DNA of 63,992 nucleotides, counting the filler, from Neoconidiobolus thromboides FSU 785 (lineage: Eukaryota; Fungi; Entomophthoromycota): NCBI GenBank assembly GCA_025603075.1. It is 5 parts of 5 records of this genome, joined end to end, with 100 filler letters (N's around TTAATTAATTAA, not from the genome) between each part and the next. Parts side by side here need not be neighbours in the genome. Positions count along the whole stretch, not along the records: positions 43,302 to 60,858 come from MU626578.1; positions 60,959 to 62,487 come from MU626953.1; 3 more parts are not named here. One strand, 5' to 3'. Below the pieces are notes generated by a model. The model made no database searches. It worked only from the letters and a program-made list of their open reading frames with translations, and was not told where the DNA came from. This document shows, one piece after another, positions 50,557-61,005 of the stretch; position 1 is the stretch's first letter; every line of letters begins with the position of its first letter. The position numbers were made by a program, and so were the translations under genes.

Positions 50557-51019
50557 ATTTTTTAAGTTGTAAAAATCAAATGCAATTGAAATTGAAAATA
50601 AGATTGAAGTTGAATGGATGTTATTTTTACGTCAATGAAAAAAAGGAAGAGTTGATTGGTGGAACAAAAATGGGTATTTTAATTGGTTCTGATTCAGGTG
50701 AAAATTTCGAGGCTTTAAAGCAAAAAATAATTTCAGAGGAATTTAGTTTGAAAAGTTGAAATTGATTTTAAATTTTAACATCATTTATTCTTTAGTTTTA
50801 TTTATTGATATTTTTAAAAATTCCATTTTTTTAACTAAATTAAATAAAGTTACTTAGATTTAAACATTCTTGAATGTTTTTAATTTTTTATTGATTTCTT
50901 TTACAAAAATTCACTTCAGACAAAGTAACAATTAAATTTGTATAGTTTAGTTTATGGAAATTATTTTTTTGAAATAAAGGTTAAAATTAATTAATTTATT
51001 CGAAATTATAGTTAAAAAC

Positions 51020-51091
51020 GGCTTAGTGGTCTAGTGGTATGATTCTCGCTTTGGGTGCGAGAGGCCCTGGGTTCAATTCCCAGCTGAGCCC
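51020..51091 (+). tRNA. tRNA-Pro(TGG), intronless
   Basis: GGCTTAG/CTGAGCC acceptor stem, anticodon arm CTCGC-TTTGGGT-GCGAG, GGTTCAATTCC T-loop, followed by TTTT. Confidence 0.97.
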
Positions 51092-51750
51092 TTTTAACTA
51101 ACTCCAAAACATTTTACTTGATAAATGCTTTAAACTTTTAATATTGTTTCTTATTTTATATCATACAAATGATTATTAAAAAAAATCCCAGTATTAATAA
51201 TCATCAAAGCAATATGTTGATATCACTCAACGTTACCCATTACTCCAAATGCATTTAATAAAAAATGGGGTACTTAACTAACATGAATGTTTAATTTAGG
51301 GTATAATATTATAATACCAACTACTGACTGTGGTTATTTTTTCTTATATGCTATATTGTCAAGCTTTGAAATTGAAACGATAGATACCTGTAACAAAAGC
51401 TAGATATAAATAAAAATTGCTTTAATACTAAAATTCCCTTTTGGCTCCATCCTTTCTAGTTTATTATCTGCCTTCCTATTTATCATTTGCTGTGGAATGT
51501 AATCTAAGAAAAGTATTGAGGCAAAAAAATAATTTCAAACTCGATTTTAGGTATTCGAGTAAAGCTGTTATTGTTTTAAACACATTATCATAACTTTTGT
51601 TTACGATCCCCATAATAAAAAGCATACATATATTTCTCCACTTACTGTTTACTTATAGTAGAAATGAACAGAAAGAACCTCATTATATTATATTATAATT
51701 TGATTATAAACCTGCAAATTAGTTTTTATTAAATTAATTTTATACAAAAT

Positions 51751-53010
51751 TTAAGGGAGAGGAACAACTGGAGGGAGATCATAATGTTCAGAAAGGTACT
51801 TGAAGAAGAAGCGTACGGCGCTATAAGTAGCAGAAGCACATGGAATGAGTTGTTCTTTTGGAAGTACGAAACCGATATCATCATCGGTTGGGCAAAGTTC
51901 AAGGGTGAAAGCTTGGAGTTTAGCTTTAGCAGCCATCCAATCATCCATAGCACCACCAGCTGGGTAAAGACCAGCAGAAATGTCAGAAGTATAATTATAA
52001 CCTTTTTCAAAATAAACTTTTTGCATACCGTCACCTAATTCTTTAAGGTATTTTTCATTGGAAGAAGTAGCATTGATTTTGAAACCCCAGGAACGGAGGA
52101 TAAGTTGACCGTAAGAGTGGAAATCAATACCAGCATAACCATTCTTTAAACCAAGACCGAATTTAGCTAAAGCTTGAGTTTCAGGTTCAGAAAGAGCAGA
52201 TACACCATGATAAGTTTCAGCACTGGTATCATTAGTGGATCCAATTAAAGCCCATTTTTCATCAAAATTTCTGTTGAGATCAACACCAAAGTTACCATCA
52301 CCATTATTACGACGATTTTTACGCCATAAACGATCACCGTTACGGGTATATTCATAACCATCTGGATTGGATACTGGAGTGAAATAAACATCAAATTTGG
52401 AGAAGATAGCTCTTACTTCTTTATCAGTGGAATAACCCTTGAGTAATTGGTCAATATTCCACATAACAGTGGCTGGTGAGATCCATTCACGAGCATGAAT
52501 ACCACCATTGAACCAGATAGATTTTCTCTTTTGAGTTGGGCAGGCTTTACGTGAAATTTTGAAGCCGTAAAGATCTCTACCTTCGATGGATTTACCAATG
52601 GATGGGATAAATTCAGCAATGTTAGAGTATTTGGCAGCCCATTCTTGGAGTTTAGCTTTGATAGTATCATAACTTTGATAATCAGCGAAGAAAGGGTCAA
52701 CATTTTCAGTGTCTCTTCTATGTAAAAGTTTGACAGCATCAAAACGAGATTCATCACCTAAATCCTTAACTTTTAATTCACATGAGTAGGCAGCATTGAT
52801 CCTGGCTTCTTCATCATTATTTCTGGAACGGATGATGGTATACATCTCCTCCTTGTTAAAGCGTTGTACATCAAATATGTTTTGGGCTTCAAAACCAGAT
52901 TTAACATCAGTGACTTTACATTTATAAAGCTTTTGACCTAAAAGGGAGCTAAGATTTTCGGCTTGGGTTAAAGCAATTAAAGCAACACAAGAAATTAAAC
53001 TGAGTTTCAT
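51751..53010 (-). CDS. Secreted zinc carboxypeptidase (M14A) with propeptide, probably carboxypeptidase B-like
   Basis: Signal peptide; GGIHAREWISP, NPDGY, WRKNRR, GVDLNRNF, IDFHSYGQ, LYPAGGAMDDW, TLEL. Confidence 0.95.
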   Translation of the reverse strand: MKLSLISCVALIALTQAENLSSLLGQKLYKCKVTDVKSGFEAQNIFDVQRFNKEEMYTIIRSRNNDEEARINAAYSCELKVKDLGDESRFDAVKLLHRRDTENVDPFFADYQSYDTIKAKLQEWAAKYSNIAEFIPSIGKSIEGRDLYGFKISRKACPTQKRKSIWFNGGIHAREWISPATVMWNIDQLLKGYSTDKEVRAIFSKFDVYFTPVSNPDGYEYTRNGDRLWRKNRRNNGDGNFGVDLNRNFDEKWALIGSTNDTSAETYHGVSALSEPETQALAKFGLGLKNGYAGIDFHSYGQLILRSWGFKINATSSNEKYLKELGDGMQKVYFEKGYNYTSDISAGLYPAGGAMDDWMAAKAKLQAFTLELCPTDDDIGFVLPKEQLIPCASATYSAVRFFFKYLSEHYDLPPVVPLP

Positions 53011-54518
53011 TTTTATTAGGGATGATAGTAAGAGATAAAATTTGGAAATTGAGATTGTTTTGTTTTGTTTATATACTTTTATTTTGATTAGAAACTTAAC
53101 TCATGATAGCATTTTAACCTTCTATGAGGCTGGTAAATGGGATAATGCGTTGCCTTTTTTAGATATTTCATTCATTTTCGAGCTCATATTGCATTAACGA
53201 AAAATATTTGGTGGGTTCTTTTTCGAAGAAAATTAATCAGATGATTTAAGTTATAATTTAAAAAATCAAAAGCCTTCTAAATTTTTAAAAGTCTACCGTA
53301 AATTTTGATAAGAGTTTATAGGGCTAAAGAACAATTATTTGAGCTATTTGATTTTGAAGAAAGCTATAATATTTAATAGCTTCAATATTCCAAGAATAGA
53401 TAGAGTAAAAGGTTGTTATCATACAGACAAAAGTTCAATTTTTTAATTCAGTATTTAAAACTTCCAATTCAAACCTAATATTCTAAGCTAAAATCCAATT
53501 TAATATTTAAGAGTTTAAGAACAACTAATTATCACCACCCCCTCCATTGTTAGTCACACTATTAATCATTAGATGTAGAATCTATTCAATTTGTGGAGCT
53601 TGACATATTAAACAAGTTTACTGTTCTATATAGTATACTATTTCATTTATATTTAATACGCTATGTTTAGTACCTTACTTTCAATATAATAGATGTATTA
53701 TTTTTGTATTTATGACACAAAAGTTATAGAAATCAAATTATTTCATAAGATATCAAAAGGTTTTCACTTTTTAAGTATACTAAAAGTTCAAAAGTCCTTA
53801 AGCATATTCTTAAATATAACAAATATACCTTATATTATAAATAATATTTATGATCATTATTTTGTTATTATCTAATTTATCTTTTATAGTAACCGAGGAT
53901 TCTGCTAAAGTTTATAACCTATGATATAGGATATAGACATTAATATAATATAATATATTAATTGTTGCTGAAACAAACTTATGAATTTATTGTATAGCTT
54001 TAGTTTTAATTTTTTTGAAATTTTATTATCTAATTTATACATTAGATGACTCAATTTTTGTGTAACTTATATTTATTCCTTAGCCTTAAATTTTAAAATT
54101 AATATAATAGCTAACTTTTTAAATTATGTTTGAATATATTTTCATACTAAAATAACAAACTTAATTTTTTTTACATTATTAGCTATTTAGATATAAATAG
54201 CTATTAATTCTATATTATAAAAAAAATATACTTTTTAGAATTGTCAATTTAAATAAAGAGTTGTGTGTTTTTATTGAGGATTTAAATTAAATGCTATAAA
54301 ATTTAATTTGTTTAGAAAATGGACAAAATATTGAAAGGAAGAGAGACACAATTAGGTTTATACAATATTGTTTCAATACTTTACATAAATCCAATTAGAA
54401 ATTTGTTTAAAAAAATTACATTTTTGTTAAAAGCTGGTATAACAAAAGGGTTTTTTAAAAATCGTAGCTTATGTCGAGTTCTTTCTGATAACACCAGTAT
54501 AAAGTTTCTATTACATAT

Positions 54519-54616
54519 GTGGATGTATTTTTGTGTTTAAGAATTTCGCTAACAACTTTTCCACTCAAATAGCGCTTAAAAGATAGAAAAAGTAATGAAG
54601 CCAAAAAAACACCCCC
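54519..54616. mobile_element. MITE copy inside the transposase relic
   Basis: GTGGATGT...ACACCCCC, ATAT TSD. Confidence 0.92.
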
Positions 54617-54880
54617 ATATGCAGAAGATTGTTTAATTGATTTGACCTCTACAGAGCTTTTATTTAAGTTTACAAAAACTAATATATGGGCAGATACAGG
54701 AAATTATTTTAGATCCCAAGAGTTCCTACGTTATATATTTAAAGAAATTCATAAAATAAATAGTAGTTTAAATATTGGTATTAATTTTTTTGCTGAGCAT
54801 TATGGATAAAATATAGTTGATGGACATTTTGGAAACCCTTCAAAATGGAAAGGTAGTTTTGAAGCATTAAATAGAAGATA

Positions 54881-55446
54881 GGGTGATGTTTTTTTGATTT
54901 CATTATTTTTCAATTTTTTAAGCGCTATTTGAGTGGAAAGTGTGAAATATTGCTTTGTCAGTCCCATGGTTAATTATAACATAACAATCGCCTAAGCTGT
55001 TGTGTTCTCGAGTTCAGAGAAAATCAATCCTACATTCTTAGTTTGATTTGCTATGAGAATTTCTAGCTCCATCCCAAAGAACATTATCTTCTCATTTTGA
55101 TATTTATACTTTTCAGAGTATAAAAGAGTTTACAGAGTATAGTAGTTCGAGGCTTTTTTAACTGAATTATTCCCTGATATCTCGAACATTTAATAAAGCC
55201 ACTAAGTTTACTTGATAGTATTTTACGTAGATTTACATTAGTATTGTCTATTCTGTTTGTTTTACATAGCTTGTAACCTATTACATGCTATTCTTCATAA
55301 TCCAAGTCTATCTTAGTCACATAAACTTAGGTCTTTCGACTTATAGTGTAGTCAACCAAGCAATAGCTGTTTTTGACTCCAAACACTAAGTACTAGATTC
55401 CACAAAAGATTGTTGATAAAATTCTTAAACACAAAAAAACATCCTC
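54881..55446. mobile_element. MITE copy split by a solo LTR
   Basis: Left half 54881-54940 (...GAGTGGAAAG) and right half 55405-55446 (AAAGATTGTT...ACATCCTC-ATAT) rejoin to a normal copy. Confidence 0.88.
54941..55404 (+). mobile_element. Solo LTR (family LTR-A), 464 bp
   Basis: TGTGAAAT...ATTCCACA, AAAG TSD, internal TATAAAAG followed by AATAAA in this orientation. Confidence 0.93.
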
Positions 55447-56187
55447 ATATCAATCAATTAATTTTGAGATTTGAGATTTTTATTGTCGAACATAATAAAA
55501 TTAATAACTCAACTATTAATAATAGGAAAACACATAATTTTTAAAAAGTACGAAAAAAGCAAAAATACAAAAAGAATAATAGAGATGCAACGCATTAAGA
55601 AGTATTTACATTTTATTAAACATAACAATAAACTGCATTGTTATCCAGTATCTGATATATCAAAAAAAAGTGATATAGTTCCAATTAAAGTTACAGAGTC
55701 TATAGAAAATAGAGAAATTAAAAGATCAATTCCAGCTTATCTTACGAAAATAACAAAGAATTTAAAATTTTCGATATTTACTAAGCAAGTAATTAGTTTG
55801 TTAAATGATAGAAATAGATTATTAAATGTTAATACTATTTAAGTTATTAATAGCTAAGTTAGTAAATAGTCAACGAAGAAGTAATTATAATAATATGTAA
55901 AAACTATTATTATATTACTTGTACTATATAAGGATGGTTAATTGTAATTTTGGGGCTAACCACTCCCTCCCATATAGCTATTTATTAACTTAGAAATATA
56001 TTAATAAAGTAATTATAACATTAAAATAGTTTATTTATTTGATAACAAATCTGTAATGTTGGTTATAAAGCAGTCAATAATAAATGTTTCTCAATAAAGT
56101 TTTATAAGAGTCTGTATTTAAGGTCTAGTAGAAATTCAGCTAACTTACAGTATAAACTATAATAGAATGATTTAGAACTGTGTTCAG

Positions 56188-56648
56188 TGTGAAATCTGGT
56201 ACTCAGTGTTTGGAATCAAAAACAGCTATTGCTTGGTTGACTACACTATAAGTCGAAAGACCTAAGTTTATGTGACTAAGATAGATTTGGATTATGAAGA
56301 ATAGCACGCAATAGGTTACAAGCTATAAGATAAATATAATAGACAATACTAATGTAAATCTACGTAAAATACTATCAAGTAAACTTAGTGGCTTTATTAA
56401 ATGTTCGAGATATCAGGGAATAATTCAGTTAAAAAGCCTAGAGCTATTATATTTTAAAATCTCTTTTGTACCCCGATAAGTATAAATATCAAAACGACAG
56501 GATAATATTCTTTGAGACGAAGATAGGAATTCTCTGAGAAAATCAGAATAGGAGCATAGGACTAATTGTCTCTATAATCGAGAACGCAACAGCTTAGGCG
56601 ATTACTATGCTGTAATTAACCATGGGACTGACAAAGTGATATTTCACA
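56188..56648 (-). mobile_element. Solo LTR (family LTR-A), 461 bp
   Basis: TGTGAAAT...ATTTCACA, TCAG TSD on both sides; reverse complement of the 54941-55404 family sequence. Confidence 0.93.
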
Positions 56649-57522
56649 TCAGGTACTTTTATTTTAATAAAAAAAATTGTTTTTATAGAATTTTAAGCAA
56701 AATTTTTAAAATACAAAATTTTTAAAAATTGGATAAAATAATGAAACTAATCCGGACAACCCCATATTATGTTTGAGTTTTTTTTTATTTCTTTCAACTA
56801 TATTTTTTAAATTTGAAACCTAAAAATTAATTGAATCTTCTAAAATAAGCAAATTTAACTAGTATTTCTCTTGTTGATTCATCCAAATCTCAGCCAGGCT
56901 TTCTTTTCAGGGTAAAAAGAGTATGATATTTGAAAAGTTGTGATTTGGTCAGTTTTAAAATATAGATACCTTCATGAAGCTTTTTCTCATTTATTATTAG
57001 ATAATATTGTATTTATATATGTATATAATATAAAGCATCAATATAGTACCACTAGGTTTGATATAAAATTTATACTGATGTGTTGGCTTATTGAAAACTA
57101 TTTTGTCAAAATAAAAAACTTCTTTTCTTTAGCAACTCTAGCCCAACCAATAATGGGACTTTTAGTCAAAGTTTCTGTATTATAAAAATGATGACTACCT
57201 TTTCTTGTTGAAAACTCTAAAGAGATAAGTTTCCATTTTTACCTGAGAAGTGACAATATACCTGTTTAAAGGTCAAACTTCAAACTAAGTCCCACTTGAA
57301 TTGAAAATGGTTTAGGTACCTATGTATAATCGCCAAATGTATTTATTACTTCGCTTAACTCATAGAATTAAACAACATTAACATCATTTATTGAACTTGT
57401 TGTAGGTTTACGTGAATTTTTTATTTTAATTCCACCACTTATATAACTTTTGATATCGTCTAATTCTTGTAGCCCATTGACATATAGACTACAAGTGGAA
57501 TAGCATATGAAATTAAACATAT

Positions 57523-57620
57523 GGGGATGTATTTTTGTGTTTAAGAATTTTACTAATAATCTTTCCGCTCAAGTAGCGCTTAAAAAACGGAAAAAGTAAT
57601 GAAGTCAAAAAAATATTACG
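57523..57620. mobile_element. MITE copy with a decayed right TIR
   Basis: GGGGATGT left end, conserved core, ATAT TSD. Confidence 0.87.
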
Positions 57621-59207
57621 ATATTGCCAATAAAATTTAATAGCTTTCGAAGATATTTGAAAACATTTCTTTCGTATTGTTCATTCATTTTTAATTTGTT
57701 TTCTGATATAATTAAAAATATAAGATTTTAGAATATTTGAAACACTTAAATACCCATTTTATATTTTTTATCTTTTATAATAGATTGTTTTAAAATTTCA
57801 TAGCTTATTAAGAAAAGTTGTTTTATTCTTTTAATTAACTATTTAAATTATTTCTAATGATAATTACAAAAAGTTACTATTAAAAAATTAATGACTTTGA
57901 TTTTATTTATTTATAAAGATAAGACATATGTGCCTTTTGATTTAAAGAGATTTTAATCCCATATATTAAAACAAATATACCATAAAAGCATACTATAAAA
58001 CATATATGAAAGCTAAAAATCATATAATCGCAACCTCCACTCATGCTGCTTTTCTACCTTACTCACATTTCCGTTTATATTTATTTCTTACCTCTATAAA
58101 CAAACACTTGCAACCAATGCTCTAATATCCCATTTAAAATTACTTTTACATGATAAATGGAAGTTCCATAAAGTATAAAAGCATACAGGGTAAAGTTTTT
58201 TATATTGTATAGTGTTAGGCATTGATACCTAGCTCCATATTTTTTATAAATCGAACAACTTGTTTTTACTTCACTATTGAATTTTTTAAATGAATTTGAA
58301 TAAAGTCAAATTTAAACCAGGTATTGGGTTTTTGAATAAAATGTTAAATTGGGACTAATACGAAGATATGTTCATAATTATTTAGAATCCTCAACTACTG
58401 TATTTTTTTGATTATAGTCTCTTCTCATGCATTATCTCCATCAAATCTAGCACATGTTTTGTATAATTCTAATCAGAAAATTTCAATCAATGAGTATTAA
58501 GTTTTGTGAATCTTACTAGGTTGAAATAAACCTGAACTTTTCTATCAGTGCAATTTTTATTAAAATTAAATTAGTTCTTTTTGATTGGAGCCTTGACTAA
58601 ACTAGGAGGAACTATGATCAGAAAAATACGGTAGTTTAATATATATATAAAACAGAAATAAAAGCGTATAGATTTATAACGAAATTTTGGCTTTATTTAC
58701 TATAATCGTTTGTATTCGATACATTGTATATAATAAATAGATAACAGTAACAATAAAAAGAAGCATAAAGATTCATTTCAAAAATAGTATTAATTAATTT
58801 AATCTATAAATATAAATATAAATATAAATATAAAACATCTAATATATTTAAATGAAAAAATAATATGAAACTACTATTAAAAGCTTATCTTTTATTTTAG
58901 TTTTAAAGAATAAATGTGAACCATTACTTTAAACAGTTAAGTTGGTAATTGAATTAGGTGTTCATAAACTAGTAAAATAATTTATGTTCTTAATTTAATA
59001 ATAAATTTAAAAAAAGGTAAATTAATAGCGCTATTAACTAAAGAATATATATTAAGGGTATAACTTTGGCTTTACAAAGGAGAGGATAGCTATTATCTTC
59101 TAAAAATAGTTATTATATATTATAGGTCAAAATAGAGCTATATAAATAAAAATTATTTTACTACTTATAAATAAAATAAATTTTTTACTTAATTTACTAT
59201 TCACATA

Positions 59208-60428
59208 ATGTTAAAGCTAATCTTCTTATTTTCTATATCATTAATTAGTATAGTCAAATCTCAGCAATGTCGACAATTAGTACGTCGACCCGAAATACGA
59301 GAATTAAATAAATCTCAACTGGATAGATTCATACGTGCATTAACTACTTTGAGGAATTACAGAGACCAAGATTTGTATGCACAAAGTTCAGCTATCCATG
59401 TAAATAATGCTGAATACGCTCATGGAGTACCAGCGTTTTTACCATGGCATCGGGTTTATTTACGTAACTTGGAGCTCAATTTACAAAAGATTGATTCCAG
59501 CGTTGTGTTACCTTATTGGGATTGGTCTATCGATGCTCAGGATCCAGAACGATCAGTTGTCTTCAAGATTTTTGGTGGTAATGGTAAAGGTAGAGATAAA
59601 TGTGTCACTGATGGTCCATTTGCAAATTCCATTATGCGTGTTCCAAATCGACATTGTTTGAGAAGGGACTTTGATGATGGTAATAAAATTTCATCACTTA
59701 TTTCTACTGAAGCACTTGAATTGATATTAAGTCGAAGTAAGACATTCGATCAATTTCGTAAGCAAATTGAAGGCAATCCACATGGAGCTGTTCACATGAA
59801 TATTGGCGGTGATAGAGGAGATTTTAATACTATGTATTCTCCTAATGATCCTATCTTTTATTTACATCATGTTTTTATTGATTTATTATGGTTTGAATGG
59901 CAAGAACGTAATCCAAGATTAGCTAATACATATAATGGAAGAGCCAATAGTAGAAATGTTAATCCAAATGATCGATTAATCCCATATAATATAAGAGTAT
60001 CACAAGCACTTGATACAAGGGCAAATGGTTATTGCTATTATTATAATCGATTTTCATCTAAGAAAAGACAAACGATTAATGTTATTGCTGATGAAGTTAA
60101 TAAGAATAATAACCTTAATAAAGGAAATAGTAGAATTATGGGTGTAAATGAAATTGATGATAGTAAAAGTATTTTAAGTGGTCAAATTATAACTAATAAT
60201 GACTATAACACTACTGCGTTAAGAAATAAGATTCAAAGTGCTTTAAGCTCCCGAATGACTTTGTTTAGTGTTGACTCTACTAATCGTACAGAAAGTAAAA
60301 AGATTGCTTTAGTCAAACCATTATCAGATAGGTTTATTAAAATGAATCATTTGGATGCTAATTTTATACGTCAACAAGAAAAAGATATTGGACAAGTTAT
60401 TAGTATTTTAAACTTAGTTGAAAACTAA
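59208..60428 (+). CDS. Secreted tyrosinase / type-3 copper protein
   Basis: Signal peptide; CuA AIH..AEYAHGVPAFLPWHR; CuB PHGAVHMNIGG...SPNDPIFYLHHVFID. Intronless. Confidence 0.95.
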   Translation: MLKLIFLFSISLISIVKSQQCRQLVRRPEIRELNKSQLDRFIRALTTLRNYRDQDLYAQSSAIHVNNAEYAHGVPAFLPWHRVYLRNLELNLQKIDSSVVLPYWDWSIDAQDPERSVVFKIFGGNGKGRDKCVTDGPFANSIMRVPNRHCLRRDFDDGNKISSLISTEALELILSRSKTFDQFRKQIEGNPHGAVHMNIGGDRGDFNTMYSPNDPIFYLHHVFIDLLWFEWQERNPRLANTYNGRANSRNVNPNDRLIPYNIRVSQALDTRANGYCYYYNRFSSKKRQTINVIADEVNKNNNLNKGNSRIMGVNEIDDSKSILSGQIITNNDYNTTALRNKIQSALSSRMTLFSVDSTNRTESKKIALVKPLSDRFIKMNHLDANFIRQQEKDIGQVISILNLVEN

Positions 60429-60858
60429 TATTTGTTTAACAATCTAATAAAAGTGCTTATTGAATTTAGATCTCAATTTTTTTATTTGAATTCTTTTTTT
60501 AAAAGGTGAATCGCACCATTATCTATAATTAATAAAAGAATATCATTTTGACAGAAAGTTATACTTTGTTATCTGAAGATTTTGTTCTAATGTTTTATCT
60601 TTGATCCATTTTTGTCAAACAAAATGCAATAAATCAAAGAGCTTTATATTGAATAGATTTATTATAACACTTAATCTTATATTCAATTAATTATAGAATT
60701 GAAAACGATAAAAGAGATAAATATTATTATTGGTTAGATTATTCACCATATCAGAATTGCTTTAATACATGAGACATTAGGTACCAAGCAACTAATATAA
60801 TAATCAATAAACCAACCTAAGTAGATTTATGAATTTATTTGTATTGTAGTAGGTACTA

Positions 60859-60958
60859 NNNNNNNNNNNNNNNNNNNNNNNNNNNNNNNNNNNNNNNNNN
60901 NNTTAATTAATTAANNNNNNNNNNNNNNNNNNNNNNNNNNNNNNNNNNNNNNNNNNNN
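60859..60958. other. Assembly gap, followed by an (AAT)n run to ~61002
   Basis: N run with linker; the contig restarts in a trinucleotide repeat. Confidence 0.98.

Positions 60959-60960
<2 letters not shown>

Positions 60961-61005
<45 letters not shown>

Larger units (their letters stand above)
54260..56763 (+). mobile_element. Decayed DNA transposon relic, copy 2 (Sola2-like transposase pseudogene) with nested inserts; left end not located
   Basis: 54621-54876 reads in one frame AEDCLIDL...NIWADTGNYFRSQEFLRY...GINFFAEHYG*NIVDGHFG; right end AAAAATTGGATAAAATAATGAAACTAATCCGGACAACCCC followed by ATAT. Confidence 0.72.

Noticed and set aside
54319-55842. ORFs 54319-54540 and 55471-55842 as independent genes
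   Set aside because: Both lie in the decayed transposon; the first runs into a MITE end, and the region of the second is stop-ridden in relic copy 1.
11945-56648. A full-length LTR retrotransposon between LTR-A copies
   Set aside because: Neighbouring LTRs are in opposite orientations, three have their own TSDs, and no gag/pol, PBS or PPT is visible.
12724-56652. LTR-A TSDs all ending in AG (TAAG, AAAG, TCAG) as a target consensus
   Set aside because: Two of the three are in reverse orientation, so the pattern vanishes on the element strand; n=3.
56900-57520. Coding-like tract on the minus strand
   Set aside because: Multiple stops and no recognisable motif; cannot be supported beyond possible decay of an unknown gene.
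7424-57624. Repeated palindromic ~100-bp units as a CRISPR-like array or a structured ncRNA family
   Set aside because: Copies are dispersed, occur in both orientations, have matched variable TSDs and no repeat-spacer periodicity; the genome is eukaryotic. MITE explains them.
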